Source: an uncultured Bacilli bacterium | GTDB lineage: Bacteria > Bacillota_I > Bacilli_A > RF39 > UBA660 | DNA: 64,000 nt | NCBI GenBank assembly: GCA_934120265.1 | Contig: CAKOTU010000003.1 | Coordinates: 1,379 to 65,378 of the forward strand | Direction of reading: 5' to 3' | Part shown: positions 45,099 through 54,361 of the stretch, piece after piece | Numbering within the stretch: position 1 is the stretch's first letter | Layout: every line of letters starts with the position of its first letter | Position numbers and translations under genes: made by a program | The notes under the pieces: generated by a model | The model's input: only the letters and a program-made list of their open reading frames with translations | The model's database searches: none | Told to the model about the DNA's origin: nothing

Positions 45099-46214
45099 AT
45101 GTATAATGCAAGTTTAGAAATATTAAAAAAAATAAATGATAATGGTTTTAAAGCATATGTTGTTGGTGGATATGTCAGGGATTTATATTTAAATAAAAGA
45201 AGTGTGGATGTTGATATATGTACTAATGCTACTCCTAAACAATTAAAAGAAATATTTGGTAATTTAATGTTGCCTAAAGAAAGTTATGGATCAGTAACAA
45301 TAAGATATAAAAAAATCAGATTTGAAGTTACTACTTTTAGAAAAGATATTAAGTACGAAAATCATAGAGCTCCAATTAAAATCAAGTATATAGATAGTTT
45401 AATTGATGATCTTAAAAGAAGAGATTTTACTATTAATACGTTATGTATGGATGAACATGGTGAAATTCTTGATTTATTGGGTGCTAGAGAGGATTTGGAC
45501 AATAGATTAATAAAAGTGGTTGGGTCACCTAAAAAGAAGCTTAAAGAGGATGTTTTACGTATTTTAAGAGCTATTAGATTTGCAACTACATTAAATTTTA
45601 CATTAGATGATAATGTAAAAAAATATATTAAAAAATATGGTTATCTTTTAGAGGGCCTTTCTTATGAAAGAAAAAAGGAAGAATTAGAAAAAATATTTAC
45701 TAGTAAGAATGCTTCTTATGGTGTTAATTTAATTATGGAATTAGGAATTGATAAATATTTGGAATTACATAATTTGGATAAATTGGTTATAGTTCCATCT
45801 CTAATTGGAATATGGTCACAGCTAGATGTTATAGATACGTATCCGTTTTCTAATGATGATAAGATAACGATAAAGAAACTAAATGAATTACAATCGTTAG
45901 ATTTATATGATCCTATGGTTTTATATAGATATGGATTATATAATTGTTCAATTTCTGGTCAAATTAGAAATATTCCTAAGAAGTTAATCACAAAAAAATA
46001 TAATGATTTATCTATTCATAATATTAGTGATTTAAATATTAATGGAAAAGATATACAAGAAATACTTAGTGTAAAAGGAAAAGAAATTGGTAATATTTTG
46101 CATGATATTGAATTATTAGTTTTGAAAAAAGAATTAGAAAATGATTATGAAGTTATCAAAAAATATATGGTGGAAAAATATTCTAATATACAAAAAGAGA
46201 AAAATGATATATAA
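45099..46214 (+). CDS. cca: CCA-adding tRNA nucleotidyltransferase
   Basis: 371 aa. GGYVRDLYL, DVDICT and RRDFTIN motifs of class II nucleotidyltransferases. Confidence 0.8.
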   Translation: MYNASLEILKKINDNGFKAYVVGGYVRDLYLNKRSVDVDICTNATPKQLKEIFGNLMLPKESYGSVTIRYKKIRFEVTTFRKDIKYENHRAPIKIKYIDSLIDDLKRRDFTINTLCMDEHGEILDLLGAREDLDNRLIKVVGSPKKKLKEDVLRILRAIRFATTLNFTLDDNVKKYIKKYGYLLEGLSYERKKEELEKIFTSKNASYGVNLIMELGIDKYLELHNLDKLVIVPSLIGIWSQLDVIDTYPFSNDDKITIKKLNELQSLDLYDPMVLYRYGLYNCSISGQIRNIPKKLITKKYNDLSIHNISDLNINGKDIQEILSVKGKEIGNILHDIELLVLKKELENDYEVIKKYMVEKYSNIQKEKNDI

Positions 46215-46231
46215 TTAAGTCAGGTGATTAT

Positions 46232-46864
46232 ATGGTGGAAAAAATAAAACAAATTTTACAAAATAGAGATGTTATAATACCTGGATTATTATTTTATAAT
46301 TATCGCAAATTAAATATGACTGCGGATGAGCTAATTGTTGTTTCATATTTGCTTAGTGTTGATTCTTCTTTCAATCCTAAGAAAATAAGTTCAGAATTAA
46401 ATCTCCCTTTGGGTGATTTAATGGATATGTTAGAACATTTAAAAGAATTAGATCTTGTAAAGATAGAGTTAAAAAAAGTTGATAATGTACGTAAGGAAGT
46501 AATTGATACTGAAGGATTATATAATAAATTGGTTGGATTACTTATTGATGATTCTCCTAAAGAAAATAAAAATCAAATATATGATATATTTGAAAAAGAA
46601 TTTGGTCGTACCTTATCTCCAATCGAATATGAAATAATTAATGCTTGGCAGGATAGTAATATAAATGAAGAGACTATTGTTTTAGCGTTAAAAGAAGCTG
46701 TTTATAATGGAGTTACTAATTTAAGGTATATTGATAAAATATTAAATGAGTGGGGCAAGAAAGGTATAAAAACACAAGAGGATTTAGATAATAGTAGACA
46801 TATTTCAAAGCCAAAGCAAGAAATACCTGATGACGATTATGATTGGTTAACTGATGAAGAGTAA
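46232..46864 (+). CDS. dnaD: DnaD-domain replication initiation / membrane attachment protein
   Basis: 210 aa. C-terminal DnaD-like domain (FEKEFGRTLSPIEYEIINAW … YIDKILNEW). Synteny dnaD-nth. Confidence 0.7.
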   Translation: MVEKIKQILQNRDVIIPGLLFYNYRKLNMTADELIVVSYLLSVDSSFNPKKISSELNLPLGDLMDMLEHLKELDLVKIELKKVDNVRKEVIDTEGLYNKLVGLLIDDSPKENKNQIYDIFEKEFGRTLSPIEYEIINAWQDSNINEETIVLALKEAVYNGVTNLRYIDKILNEWGKKGIKTQEDLDNSRHISKPKQEIPDDDYDWLTDEE

Positions 46865-47471
46865 AGAAATAATAAAGTATCTAGATACTATTATTCCAAA
46901 TCCTAAATGTGAATTAGAGTATAATAAAGATTATGAATTACTAATTGCGACTATGCTAAGCGCCCAAACAACAGATAAAAGAGTTAATGAAGTAACTAGA
47001 GTTTTATTTAAAAAATATCCTTCTTTAGAAGCGCTCAAAGAAGCTGATATAGAAGATATTAAGAAGATTATAAAACCAATAGGTACCTATAATAAAAAAG
47101 CTATGAATATTAAAAGTATCGCTAATGCTTTGATAGAAAAGAGTAACGGTGTTGTTCCTAACGATAGAGAGTTTTTAGAAAGCTTGGATGGAGTAGGGAG
47201 AAAGACTACGAACGTTGTTCTTAGTAATATTTATAATGTTCCATGCATTGCGGTAGATACACATGTAAGTAGAGTTTCTAAAAGGTTAGGTATTGCAAAA
47301 GATGATGACGATGTGAGTGTTATAGAAAAGAAGTTAAATAAAACTTTTAAAAATGATGACTTATGTCGCCTACACCATCAATTAGTTTTATTTGGTAGAT
47401 ATTATTGCAAGGCTATAAAGCCAGAATGTGAAGATTGTGAATTAAAAAAATATTGCAAAAAAAACAGTTAA
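46854..47471 (+). CDS. nth: Endonuclease III
   Basis: 205 aa. HhH-GPD (LDGVGRKTTNVVL), catalytic VDTHV, Fe-S cluster C-x6-C-x2-C-x5-C (CKAIKPECEDCELKKYC). Confidence 0.9.
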   Translation: MKSKEIIKYLDTIIPNPKCELEYNKDYELLIATMLSAQTTDKRVNEVTRVLFKKYPSLEALKEADIEDIKKIIKPIGTYNKKAMNIKSIANALIEKSNGVVPNDREFLESLDGVGRKTTNVVLSNIYNVPCIAVDTHVSRVSKRLGIAKDDDDVSVIEKKLNKTFKNDDLCRLHHQLVLFGRYYCKAIKPECEDCELKKYCKKNS

Positions 47472-47476
47472 AAATT

Positions 47477-50377
47477 TTAACTGTTTTTTACTTGGATTGT
47501 TTTAGTTAATGTATCTACAAATCCATTATAAGATATTTTATAAGTTATTATATAAGTTCCTTCTATTGATGTATCAATAGTATTGCTAGGACCTGTTATT
47601 GTTTTAGTTATTGTAGCTTTGTCAGTTACATCTATAGAATTTTCTAAAACAATAACGGGTTTATTTAAATCTGTAAATGGAGTACCAACTGATAAAATAA
47701 TTGTTGAATCACCATTTAGCTGAGCTGAAATAATTGAGTCTGATCCAGTTGTAGAAACGGTTGTTTCAGCACCATCGCTAGCATTATTTTTGAATATTGT
47801 GTAAGTAGTTTTTACAACATAAGTTGTTGATGAATCTGTTGTTATGTCTTCGTATGAAGTACTAACAGTACTTCCTAAAAGTTTGAGACTACCATCACTT
47901 TGTTTTTTATAAATGTCATAACTAATTTTACCAATGTAGTTATTATTGTAGTTGATTCTAGCACTTATAAATTCATTTAAATATTTATCACTAGTAAATA
48001 TTTTAGAGAAGTCATTTCTAAGTGCGGTTTCATCAATGGCGTCAGATTTTACTTCATTCCAAGTTAATGTAATCTTACTGCCATTTGTAGTAGCTTTTAA
48101 ATTAGTTACGTTATTTAATTTAGAGAATCTTTGTGAAACATCAGTAGGTTCAGTTCCAGCTTTAAATACTTCTTTCTTTCTAAGACTATCAGGTGTATAT
48201 TCACTAGCAAGTAAAGGTGTAGATGTTTGAGTTTCTATTTCTACTTCTACAACGCTACTTGGCATTGTAAATGAACTAGTTCCTGATAAAACACCTTTGA
48301 TAACAGCTTTAAATAATCTAGTATTTTGTCCTGAAGACATTTTATTTGTATAATTTTTATCAATTTTATCATATCCATACCATAAAGCAACAGCATAATC
48401 TCTTGAGTAACCAGCAACCCAAAGGTCATTAACTGCATTACTTGGTAAATTGTGTGCTTTTTTTGTTTGTGAACTAAAGTTAGATGTACCAGTTTTATTA
48501 GCATATGAAATGCCATTTACTTTATTAGTACCAGTAGTATAGGCTGCTGTGTCTAATAAAACGTTTGTAACCATATAAGCCGTAGAATCAGACATAGCTT
48601 TTCTTGTAACTGGAGTAACGGTAAAGACTTTATCACTATCTTTATATGTTATCTTTGTAAATGTATAAGGTTCAATGTAAGTTCCTCCATTAGCAAATGC
48701 ACCATAAGCAGCAGCAAGTGTTAGAGGAGATTCTCCGTTGTATCCACCAATAGAGTGGGCTTCATGAATAATACCACCACTAATCTCTGGACTCAATCCA
48801 AGATTAGTAACGAATTCTTTAATATTATCATTTTTAACAGCTTTAAATGTTTTTAAGGCTGGAATATTTCTTGATAATTTTAATGCTTCTCTTAAGTCCA
48901 TATACCCTTTGTATTTGCTATCCCAGTTGTGTAATTCTCCACCTGTACTATAAGAATATTCTTCGTCAGGTAATGGTTGTGCTGGAGACCAATTATTATA
49001 TTCAAATGCTGGACCGTAATCATATAATGGTTTTGCTGTAGAACCAATTTGATTTTTAATCATTGTAGCATAGTTATATGTACCAACCGCATTTTTATCA
49101 CGACCGGCACCAACTGCAACTACTGCACCAGTGTTAGTGTCAGTAACAACAACTCCTGCTTCTACAACGTCATTTTCCCATTTATAACTAGAATTTTCTC
49201 CGTTCATAAGGTCATCAAGATATTGTTGTTTAGAACGATCCATAGTTGTATATATTTCCATTGGTATCTCATAAGGGTTTTGTTCAGTACCTGTTTCAGC
49301 TTTTGTTCTTCTTTTTACCTCTTCAACAACAGTATCAATAAAACTTTGATAAGCATAATTTTTTGATGAAGATGATTTATCAATTTTCTTAACGATATCT
49401 TCTACAGTTAATTCTTTCGCAGCATTGTATTCTTCCTCATTTATATATCCATGTCTTAACATTAAGGATAAAACAACTTTTCTTCTTGCTTCAGTATTGT
49501 CAGGGTATAAGTAAGGATCGTATGCATTTCCACCTTTAAATAGTCCAGCAATCATAGCAGCTTCTGATAAATTTAATTCAGATACGCTTTTTCCAAAGTA
49601 GTTTCTAGATGCCTGTTCAACACCGTAAGCACCAGCACCCATATAATAAGAGTTAACATAGAATTCTAAGATTTCTTCTTTTGTATATGCTTTTTCAATT
49701 TTAAATACAGCTAAGTAGATATCTGTAAACTTTCTTTTTATACCTTCCCAACCATTAGAAACAGGGGATGTATAAGCATTTTTAGCAACTTGCATTGTTA
49801 TAGTGGAAGCTCCACCACCACCACGTCCAAGAAGTTGAGTTGCAGATGCTTTTAAGAAACGTGGCAAGTCAATTCCGTTGTGTGTATAAAATCTTGAATC
49901 CTCAGTAGCAATAATTGCATCTATTAAAACTTGAGGTATTTGATCATAAGTTATTTTTATTCTTTGCTCTGCTCCTAGCTTAGCGTACACTTCACCATCT
50001 TTATCATATAAAACACTTGATTCTTTAGTATAAAGATTTTCAGGATTAAATTCAGGCGCTTCTTTTACTATTATAATAGCAAAGACAATGCTTCCAACTA
50101 ATCCAATAATACATAATATTAAGAATAATATTAGTGTAAATTTCTTCTTTTTTCTTACCTGAACAGCAGTTCCTTTATTCAAAAACCAGTGTATTCCGAA
50201 AAGAATAATGTCAAGTACTATAAATAGGACAGCACTAAATAAAAATCCAAACAAATATGTTCCTAAAGCGATTCCTATAATGCTCAATAGTATTACAATA
50301 AAGTTAAATTTGCTTTTAAATAACCATTTCTTTATTCCATTTATATTAAATTTTATTTTATTTTTTCTTTTTTTCAT
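47477..50377 (-). CDS. ponA: Bifunctional class A penicillin-binding protein (PBP1A-like) with long C-terminal extension
   Basis: 966 aa. Glycosyltransferase motifs (ATEDSRFYTHNGID, GGASTITMQ), transpeptidase motifs SxxK (GSTAKP), SRN and KTGT. Beta-rich C-terminal tail of about 270 aa. Confidence 0.9.
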   Translation of the reverse strand: MKKRKNKIKFNINGIKKWLFKSKFNFIVILLSIIGIALGTYLFGFLFSAVLFIVLDIILFGIHWFLNKGTAVQVRKKKKFTLILFLILCIIGLVGSIVFAIIIVKEAPEFNPENLYTKESSVLYDKDGEVYAKLGAEQRIKITYDQIPQVLIDAIIATEDSRFYTHNGIDLPRFLKASATQLLGRGGGGASTITMQVAKNAYTSPVSNGWEGIKRKFTDIYLAVFKIEKAYTKEEILEFYVNSYYMGAGAYGVEQASRNYFGKSVSELNLSEAAMIAGLFKGGNAYDPYLYPDNTEARRKVVLSLMLRHGYINEEEYNAAKELTVEDIVKKIDKSSSSKNYAYQSFIDTVVEEVKRRTKAETGTEQNPYEIPMEIYTTMDRSKQQYLDDLMNGENSSYKWENDVVEAGVVVTDTNTGAVVAVGAGRDKNAVGTYNYATMIKNQIGSTAKPLYDYGPAFEYNNWSPAQPLPDEEYSYSTGGELHNWDSKYKGYMDLREALKLSRNIPALKTFKAVKNDNIKEFVTNLGLSPEISGGIIHEAHSIGGYNGESPLTLAAAYGAFANGGTYIEPYTFTKITYKDSDKVFTVTPVTRKAMSDSTAYMVTNVLLDTAAYTTGTNKVNGISYANKTGTSNFSSQTKKAHNLPSNAVNDLWVAGYSRDYAVALWYGYDKIDKNYTNKMSSGQNTRLFKAVIKGVLSGTSSFTMPSSVVEVEIETQTSTPLLASEYTPDSLRKKEVFKAGTEPTDVSQRFSKLNNVTNLKATTNGSKITLTWNEVKSDAIDETALRNDFSKIFTSDKYLNEFISARINYNNNYIGKISYDIYKKQSDGSLKLLGSTVSTSYEDITTDSSTTYVVKTTYTIFKNNASDGAETTVSTTGSDSIISAQLNGDSTIILSVGTPFTDLNKPVIVLENSIDVTDKATITKTITGPSNTIDTSIEGTYIITYKISYNGFVDTLTKTIQVKNS

Positions 50378-50946
50378 ATATTATCTCCTTTTAAAAAATA
50401 ATTATCGATGATTTCTATATAATCTACGCGAGGATTATATTTATCTTTAATAAGATATCCATATTTTTTTAATTGATCTAGTGATATTGATTTTTTTCCA
50501 TTACTTATGCATTTTTCAAAGTCTTCATAAGATAGAAAATAAGTAAGATTTAATTTGGTAAATCTTATTATTAAAAAAGCAATACCACCGTGTTTAGCAA
50601 CTTTTTTTAAGTGTTCTATTTGGTGAGGATGAATGTTTTTCAGAGGAAAACTAGTAGAACTTGTTGTTTCTTTAGCTTCAAAGTCTATATATTTTCCTTT
50701 ATATATACCGTTGTAATCAGTAGTTGATGGAGTTTTAAAAAATGCTTTTGTAATAACAGCATCTGTTCTAGAATGATATTCAACATTAGATATAGTAATA
50801 GGTGTTGGTTTTTTATGTATAACAGCAATATCGTTTATTAAATAATAATTGTTGGTTTCATTTAATTCATTTTCTAAATTCATTCCACGATTACCATAAG
50901 ATATATTACTTTTCATAACTTGTTTAATACCTTTTGGATAATTCAT
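50374..50946 (-). CDS. recU: Holliday junction resolvase RecU
   Basis: 190 aa. GNRGMNLE, HKKPTP and DYNGIYKGKYIDFEAKET blocks. recU-ponA operon order as in Bacillus. Confidence 0.85.
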   Translation of the reverse strand: MNYPKGIKQVMKSNISYGNRGMNLENELNETNNYYLINDIAVIHKKPTPITISNVEYHSRTDAVITKAFFKTPSTTDYNGIYKGKYIDFEAKETTSSTSFPLKNIHPHQIEHLKKVAKHGGIAFLIIRFTKLNLTYFLSYEDFEKCISNGKKSISLDQLKKYGYLIKDKYNPRVDYIEIIDNYFLKGDNI

Positions 50947-51081
50947 TTTATCACCATAATAATTATACTATAAATTCAAAAATATAGCTACAGTAAAATT
51001 TATGGTCTAATATTTTCTAGTTTTGTCGAATTACACCAAAACGGTAATAATTTGTGTTAAATTAAAATCGAGGTGATAACA

Positions 51082-51198
51082 ATGAATCATCATGTTGATA
51101 CAATTTTTAATGAAATGATAGATGATGTACGTTATATAAAAATATATTCTCCTTTTTTAATAAATACAAAAAGTATCAATAATATTGCTAAAAAATAG
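51082..51198 (+). CDS. Possible small ORF (38 aa)
   Basis: ATG 51082 preceded by a gaggtga RBS (MNHHVDTIFNEMIDDVRYIKIYSPFLINTKSINNIAKK*). Below the ORF-track cutoff. No homology evidence. Confidence 0.25.
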   Translation: MNHHVDTIFNEMIDDVRYIKIYSPFLINTKSINNIAKK

Positions 51199-51237
51199 TT
51201 TTTTTGCTATACTTAAATTAGTTTTATAGGAGGATTT

Positions 51238-52326
51238 ATGGATAAGAAAAAACTAATTTATATTTTAAGTGGAATTATGGGAGGAATAATTCTTCTAATA
51301 GTTATTATTTTTATTATTATGGGTGTATCAAACAAGACTGTTTCATATGAAAATATTGAAAAAAGATTAAAAACAGCTACTGTAAGCTATTTGAACGCTA
51401 ATGAAAGCTTATTACCAAAGGAAGAATCTGGTAGTATAACAATTGATGCGGATACCTTAGAAAGTGGAAAATATATAAAACCAATTTCTAAGATGGTAAA
51501 AGAAGGAGTTAGCTGTTCTGCTAAAGTAATTGTTACTAAGAATGGTAGTAATTATTTATATTCCACAATTTTAAATTGTGGAGAAGCTTATAAGACTGAA
51601 AAGTTTGCTACAAGATTACTAAGTGACAATGTTACTAAGGAATCAGGGGATGGTCTTTATGCAGAAGGAGAAAATTATCGTTTTAAAGGTGAATATGTTG
51701 ATAATTATGTTTCTTTAGATGGTAAATTATGGAGAATAATAGATATTGATAAAGATGGTTATGCTCGTATTATATATGCCGACAAAGAAAGCGAAGAAAC
51801 TTATATTTGGGATGATAGATATAATATTGATGTAGATAACTATTATGGTATTAATAATTATCCAGTAAGTAGAATTAAGGAAACATTAACAAGTTTAGAA
51901 GCTAGCAATAAATTTATATCTAGTTCTGTTGCTAATCTAGCTTATCATCCTATTTGTATAGGAAAAAGAAGTTCAACCAATTTAAGTCTTAATAATAATG
52001 AGGAATGTGAGACAGTTATTAATAATCAACTATTTTCACTACCTTATGCTAATGATTATGTAGCAGCAAGTATTGATGTTAATTGTAAGACAATTGAAGA
52101 TGAATCTTGTGAAAATTATAATTATTTGATGGCAATGTCACTAGCAAGCTATACAATGACAGGTGTTAAAGAAAAAAGTCAAAAAGTTTATTTTATAACT
52201 AGTGGTGGAGTTGCTAAAATAGATGCTTATAATGATAAAAAGATTCGTGTAACAGCTTATATAAGTAATAATGCTTTATATGATGGTGGTAATGGAACGA
52301 AAACAAATCCTTATACATTAAAATAG
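51238..52326 (+). CDS. Membrane-anchored extracellular protein sharing an N-terminal module with 33941-35422
   Basis: 362 aa. N-terminal TM, then ESLLPKEESGSITIDADTL … ILNCG, which is alignable to the other protein. Confidence 0.6.
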   Translation: MDKKKLIYILSGIMGGIILLIVIIFIIMGVSNKTVSYENIEKRLKTATVSYLNANESLLPKEESGSITIDADTLESGKYIKPISKMVKEGVSCSAKVIVTKNGSNYLYSTILNCGEAYKTEKFATRLLSDNVTKESGDGLYAEGENYRFKGEYVDNYVSLDGKLWRIIDIDKDGYARIIYADKESEETYIWDDRYNIDVDNYYGINNYPVSRIKETLTSLEASNKFISSSVANLAYHPICIGKRSSTNLSLNNNEECETVINNQLFSLPYANDYVAASIDVNCKTIEDESCENYNYLMAMSLASYTMTGVKEKSQKVYFITSGGVAKIDAYNDKKIRVTAYISNNALYDGGNGTKTNPYTLK

Positions 52327-52330
52327 TAAT

Positions 52331-52375
52331 AACATTAATTGTCGGTGTTATACATTGACAATTAATGTTTTTTTT
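52331..52375 (+). terminator. Rho-independent terminator
   Basis: 13-bp stem aacattaattgtc / gacaattaatgtt followed by tttttt. Confidence 0.65.
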
Positions 52376-52411
52376 GAGATAATTATTCTGGATAAAAAGT
52401 GAGGTGTTATT

Positions 52412-52744
52412 ATGTATCAAGAAAGAATTTTATTAACAGTTCAAGATATATTAGATAAAGAATTTAAAATTGACACAAGAGGATATAGACCTCAAGAAGT
52501 TGATAAGTTTTTAGACGTTATTATTAGAGATTATGAAGAAATGTCTTCTGTTATTAAGGAATTAGAAACAGAAAAGAAAGCCTTAGTGGAAGATAATATA
52601 AGATTGAAACAAGAAATTAGAAATATGTCTACAAGATTAGATGTACTAAAAAATAATGAATCTAATGAATCGAGTGGTACTAATAACGCAGATGTATTAA
52701 GAAGATTGTCCAATTTAGAAAAAATAATTTACGGAAGAGAATAA
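52412..52744 (+). CDS. gpsB: Cell-cycle protein GpsB (DivIVA-domain)
   Basis: 110 aa. ILDKEFKIDTRGYRPQEVDKFLDVIIRDYE DivIVA N-domain and a short coiled coil. Neighbourhood recU/ponA as in Bacillus. Confidence 0.8.
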   Translation: MYQERILLTVQDILDKEFKIDTRGYRPQEVDKFLDVIIRDYEEMSSVIKELETEKKALVEDNIRLKQEIRNMSTRLDVLKNNESNESSGTNNADVLRRLSNLEKIIYGRE

Positions 52745-53090
52745 ATCTTGACAAACGCTGCTATATAATGTAGTAGAGGAAAGTCCATGCTCACACTATC
52801 TGTGATGGTAGTAGTGTTCGTGCATTGGGAATAAATAACCAATGGTAGTTTTTACTAACGGCGTCGAGGTAATCTAAGTCTTATGATATGATTACAGTAG
52901 ACATAAAGTGCCAAAGGGACGATTAATCCAGAAATGGAGGAAGTGGAACGTGGTAAACCCCGCGAGTGAGAAACCCAAATTTTGGTAGGGGAACCCGGTT
53001 GAGGAGAAACGAATCCTCTAGGGATCAATTATTTGATAGATAAATGTTTGTCGCTTTTTTAAAGTACAGAACATGGCTTATAAGATTTAT
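52741..53090 (+). ncRNA. rnpB: RNase P RNA (bacterial, Firmicute type)
   Basis: Conserved gaggaaagtccatgctcac (P4 5' strand) and acagaacatggcttat (P4 3' strand). Terminal helix ataaatctt / aagatttat. T-run follows. Ends approximate. Confidence 0.8.
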
Positions 53091-53120
53091 TTTTTTTATT
53101 TACGAAGAAAGTGAGATAAT

Positions 53121-53597
53121 ATGAAAGAAATTGGTGAAAAGTTAAAAGAGGCTCGTGAAGCAATGGGAATTTCTATTTCTGAAGCTGCAGAAGATCTTAA
53201 ACTAGAAGTTTCACAAATTGAAAATTTAGAAAAAGGGGATATGGAAACATTTAAGGATATTTATTACTTAAAATACTTGATTCGTGATTATTCTAAGTAT
53301 TTAGGCTTAAATAAAGAAGATTTAGTTAACGAATTTAATGAATATCTTTTTGATTATACTTCTAAAATCTCATTAGAAGATATAAAACAAGCCCAAACTA
53401 TTATTAAGAATGATGATGATAGAATTAAGTCTCCTTACACAATAGAGCATAAAAAAAGACCACCTATTTTTACATTTGCAGTTTATGCTTTAGCAATAAT
53501 TGTATTGGTTGTCATTTTAGTATTTGTTATTAAAGAAATAACAAAGAATGATGATAATAATGAAGAATCAATAGTTATGAGTTATAGAATAAATTAG
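53121..53597 (+). CDS. RodZ-like HTH (XRE-type) membrane protein
   Basis: 158 aa. N-terminal HTH (IGEKLKEAREAMGISISEAAEDLKL) and one TM (FTFAVYALAIIVLVVILVFVI). Confidence 0.6.
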   Translation: MKEIGEKLKEAREAMGISISEAAEDLKLEVSQIENLEKGDMETFKDIYYLKYLIRDYSKYLGLNKEDLVNEFNEYLFDYTSKISLEDIKQAQTIIKNDDDRIKSPYTIEHKKRPPIFTFAVYALAIIVLVVILVFVIKEITKNDDNNEESIVMSYRIN

Positions 53598-53607
53598 GAG
53601 GTTGGTT

Positions 53608-54201
53608 ATGAATTTACCAAATAGAATAAGTTTGATGAGAATTTTTTTGGCGATTATTATTATTGGAATATTAATATTTCCATTTGACGCTACCGGTATC
53701 ATTACTTATAAAATTTTTGTTAATGAATCTATTGTTATCGATATAAGATATATAATTGTAGGTGTTTTATTTATTATTGCTTCTCTTACGGATTTGTTAG
53801 ATGGTCATATAGCAAGAAAATATAATATGGTTACTGACTTAGGTAAAATGCTTGATTCAATAGCTGATAAAATATTAGTTAACTCAATTTTAATTATTTT
53901 AGCTACAGGAGGATTTATTCATTCTATAATTCCTGTAATTATTGTTTCGACAGATACAATAATTGAGCTTATTAAAATGATTTCCGCTGGTAAAGGAAAA
54001 ATAAGTATTCCTACTAAGTTGGTTAAAGTTAAAAATATTTTTGCCGTAATTGGTATTTCGTTAACTTTATTTTATAATTTACCATTTGAATTAATTAATA
54101 TAAGAATAGCTGAAATATTTTTAATTATAACATGTATCTTATCGACTATATCAGCAGCGGAGCATTATAAATTAAATAAAAATTTAATTTTGAAAGATTA
54201 A
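53608..54201 (+). CDS. pgsA: CDP-diacylglycerol--glycerol-3-phosphate 3-phosphatidyltransferase
   Basis: ATG 53608 after an aggagg RBS. CDP-alcohol phosphotransferase motif DLLDGHIARKYNMVTDLGKMLDSIADK. Confidence 0.85.
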   Translation: MNLPNRISLMRIFLAIIIIGILIFPFDATGIITYKIFVNESIVIDIRYIIVGVLFIIASLTDLLDGHIARKYNMVTDLGKMLDSIADKILVNSILIILATGGFIHSIIPVIIVSTDTIIELIKMISAGKGKISIPTKLVKVKNIFAVIGISLTLFYNLPFELINIRIAEIFLIITCILSTISAAEHYKLNKNLILKD

Positions 54202-54225
54202 AACGTACAGATTTGTACGTTTTTC
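54201..54225 (+). terminator. Terminator after pgsA
   Basis: aaacgtaca-gatt-tgtacgttt followed by tt. Confidence 0.6.
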
Positions 54226-54279
54226 TTTTAGTAAATTTTCAATATCTAATACTTTGAATATGATAATTTTAAAATTTAT

Positions 54280-54293
54280 CAAACAAATGTTCG
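54280..54293 (+). promoter_or_regulatory. Candidate LexA (Cheo/DinR) box upstream of recA
   Basis: CAAACAAATGTTCG differs at one position from the Firmicute palindrome CGAAC-N4-GTTCG. It lies just upstream of the -35. Confidence 0.5.
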
Positions 54294-54302
54294 ATTTAGG
54301 TA

Positions 54303-54331
54303 TTGACAAATGAAATTAAATATTATAAAAT
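54303..54331 (+). promoter_or_regulatory. recA promoter
   Basis: TTGACA (54303-54308), 17-nt spacer, TAAAAT (54326-54331). Confidence 0.6.
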
Positions 54332-54361
54332 GAATTTGTAATTGATAGGAGGAAATAAATA

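Noticed and set aside
52748-52766. TTGACA … TATAAT-like hexamers just before the RNase P RNA core
   Set aside because: The spacer is only about 10 nt, so it is not a functional sigma-A promoter geometry. The gacaaac segment instead pairs with gtttgtc near 53047-53053 as part of the RNA structure.
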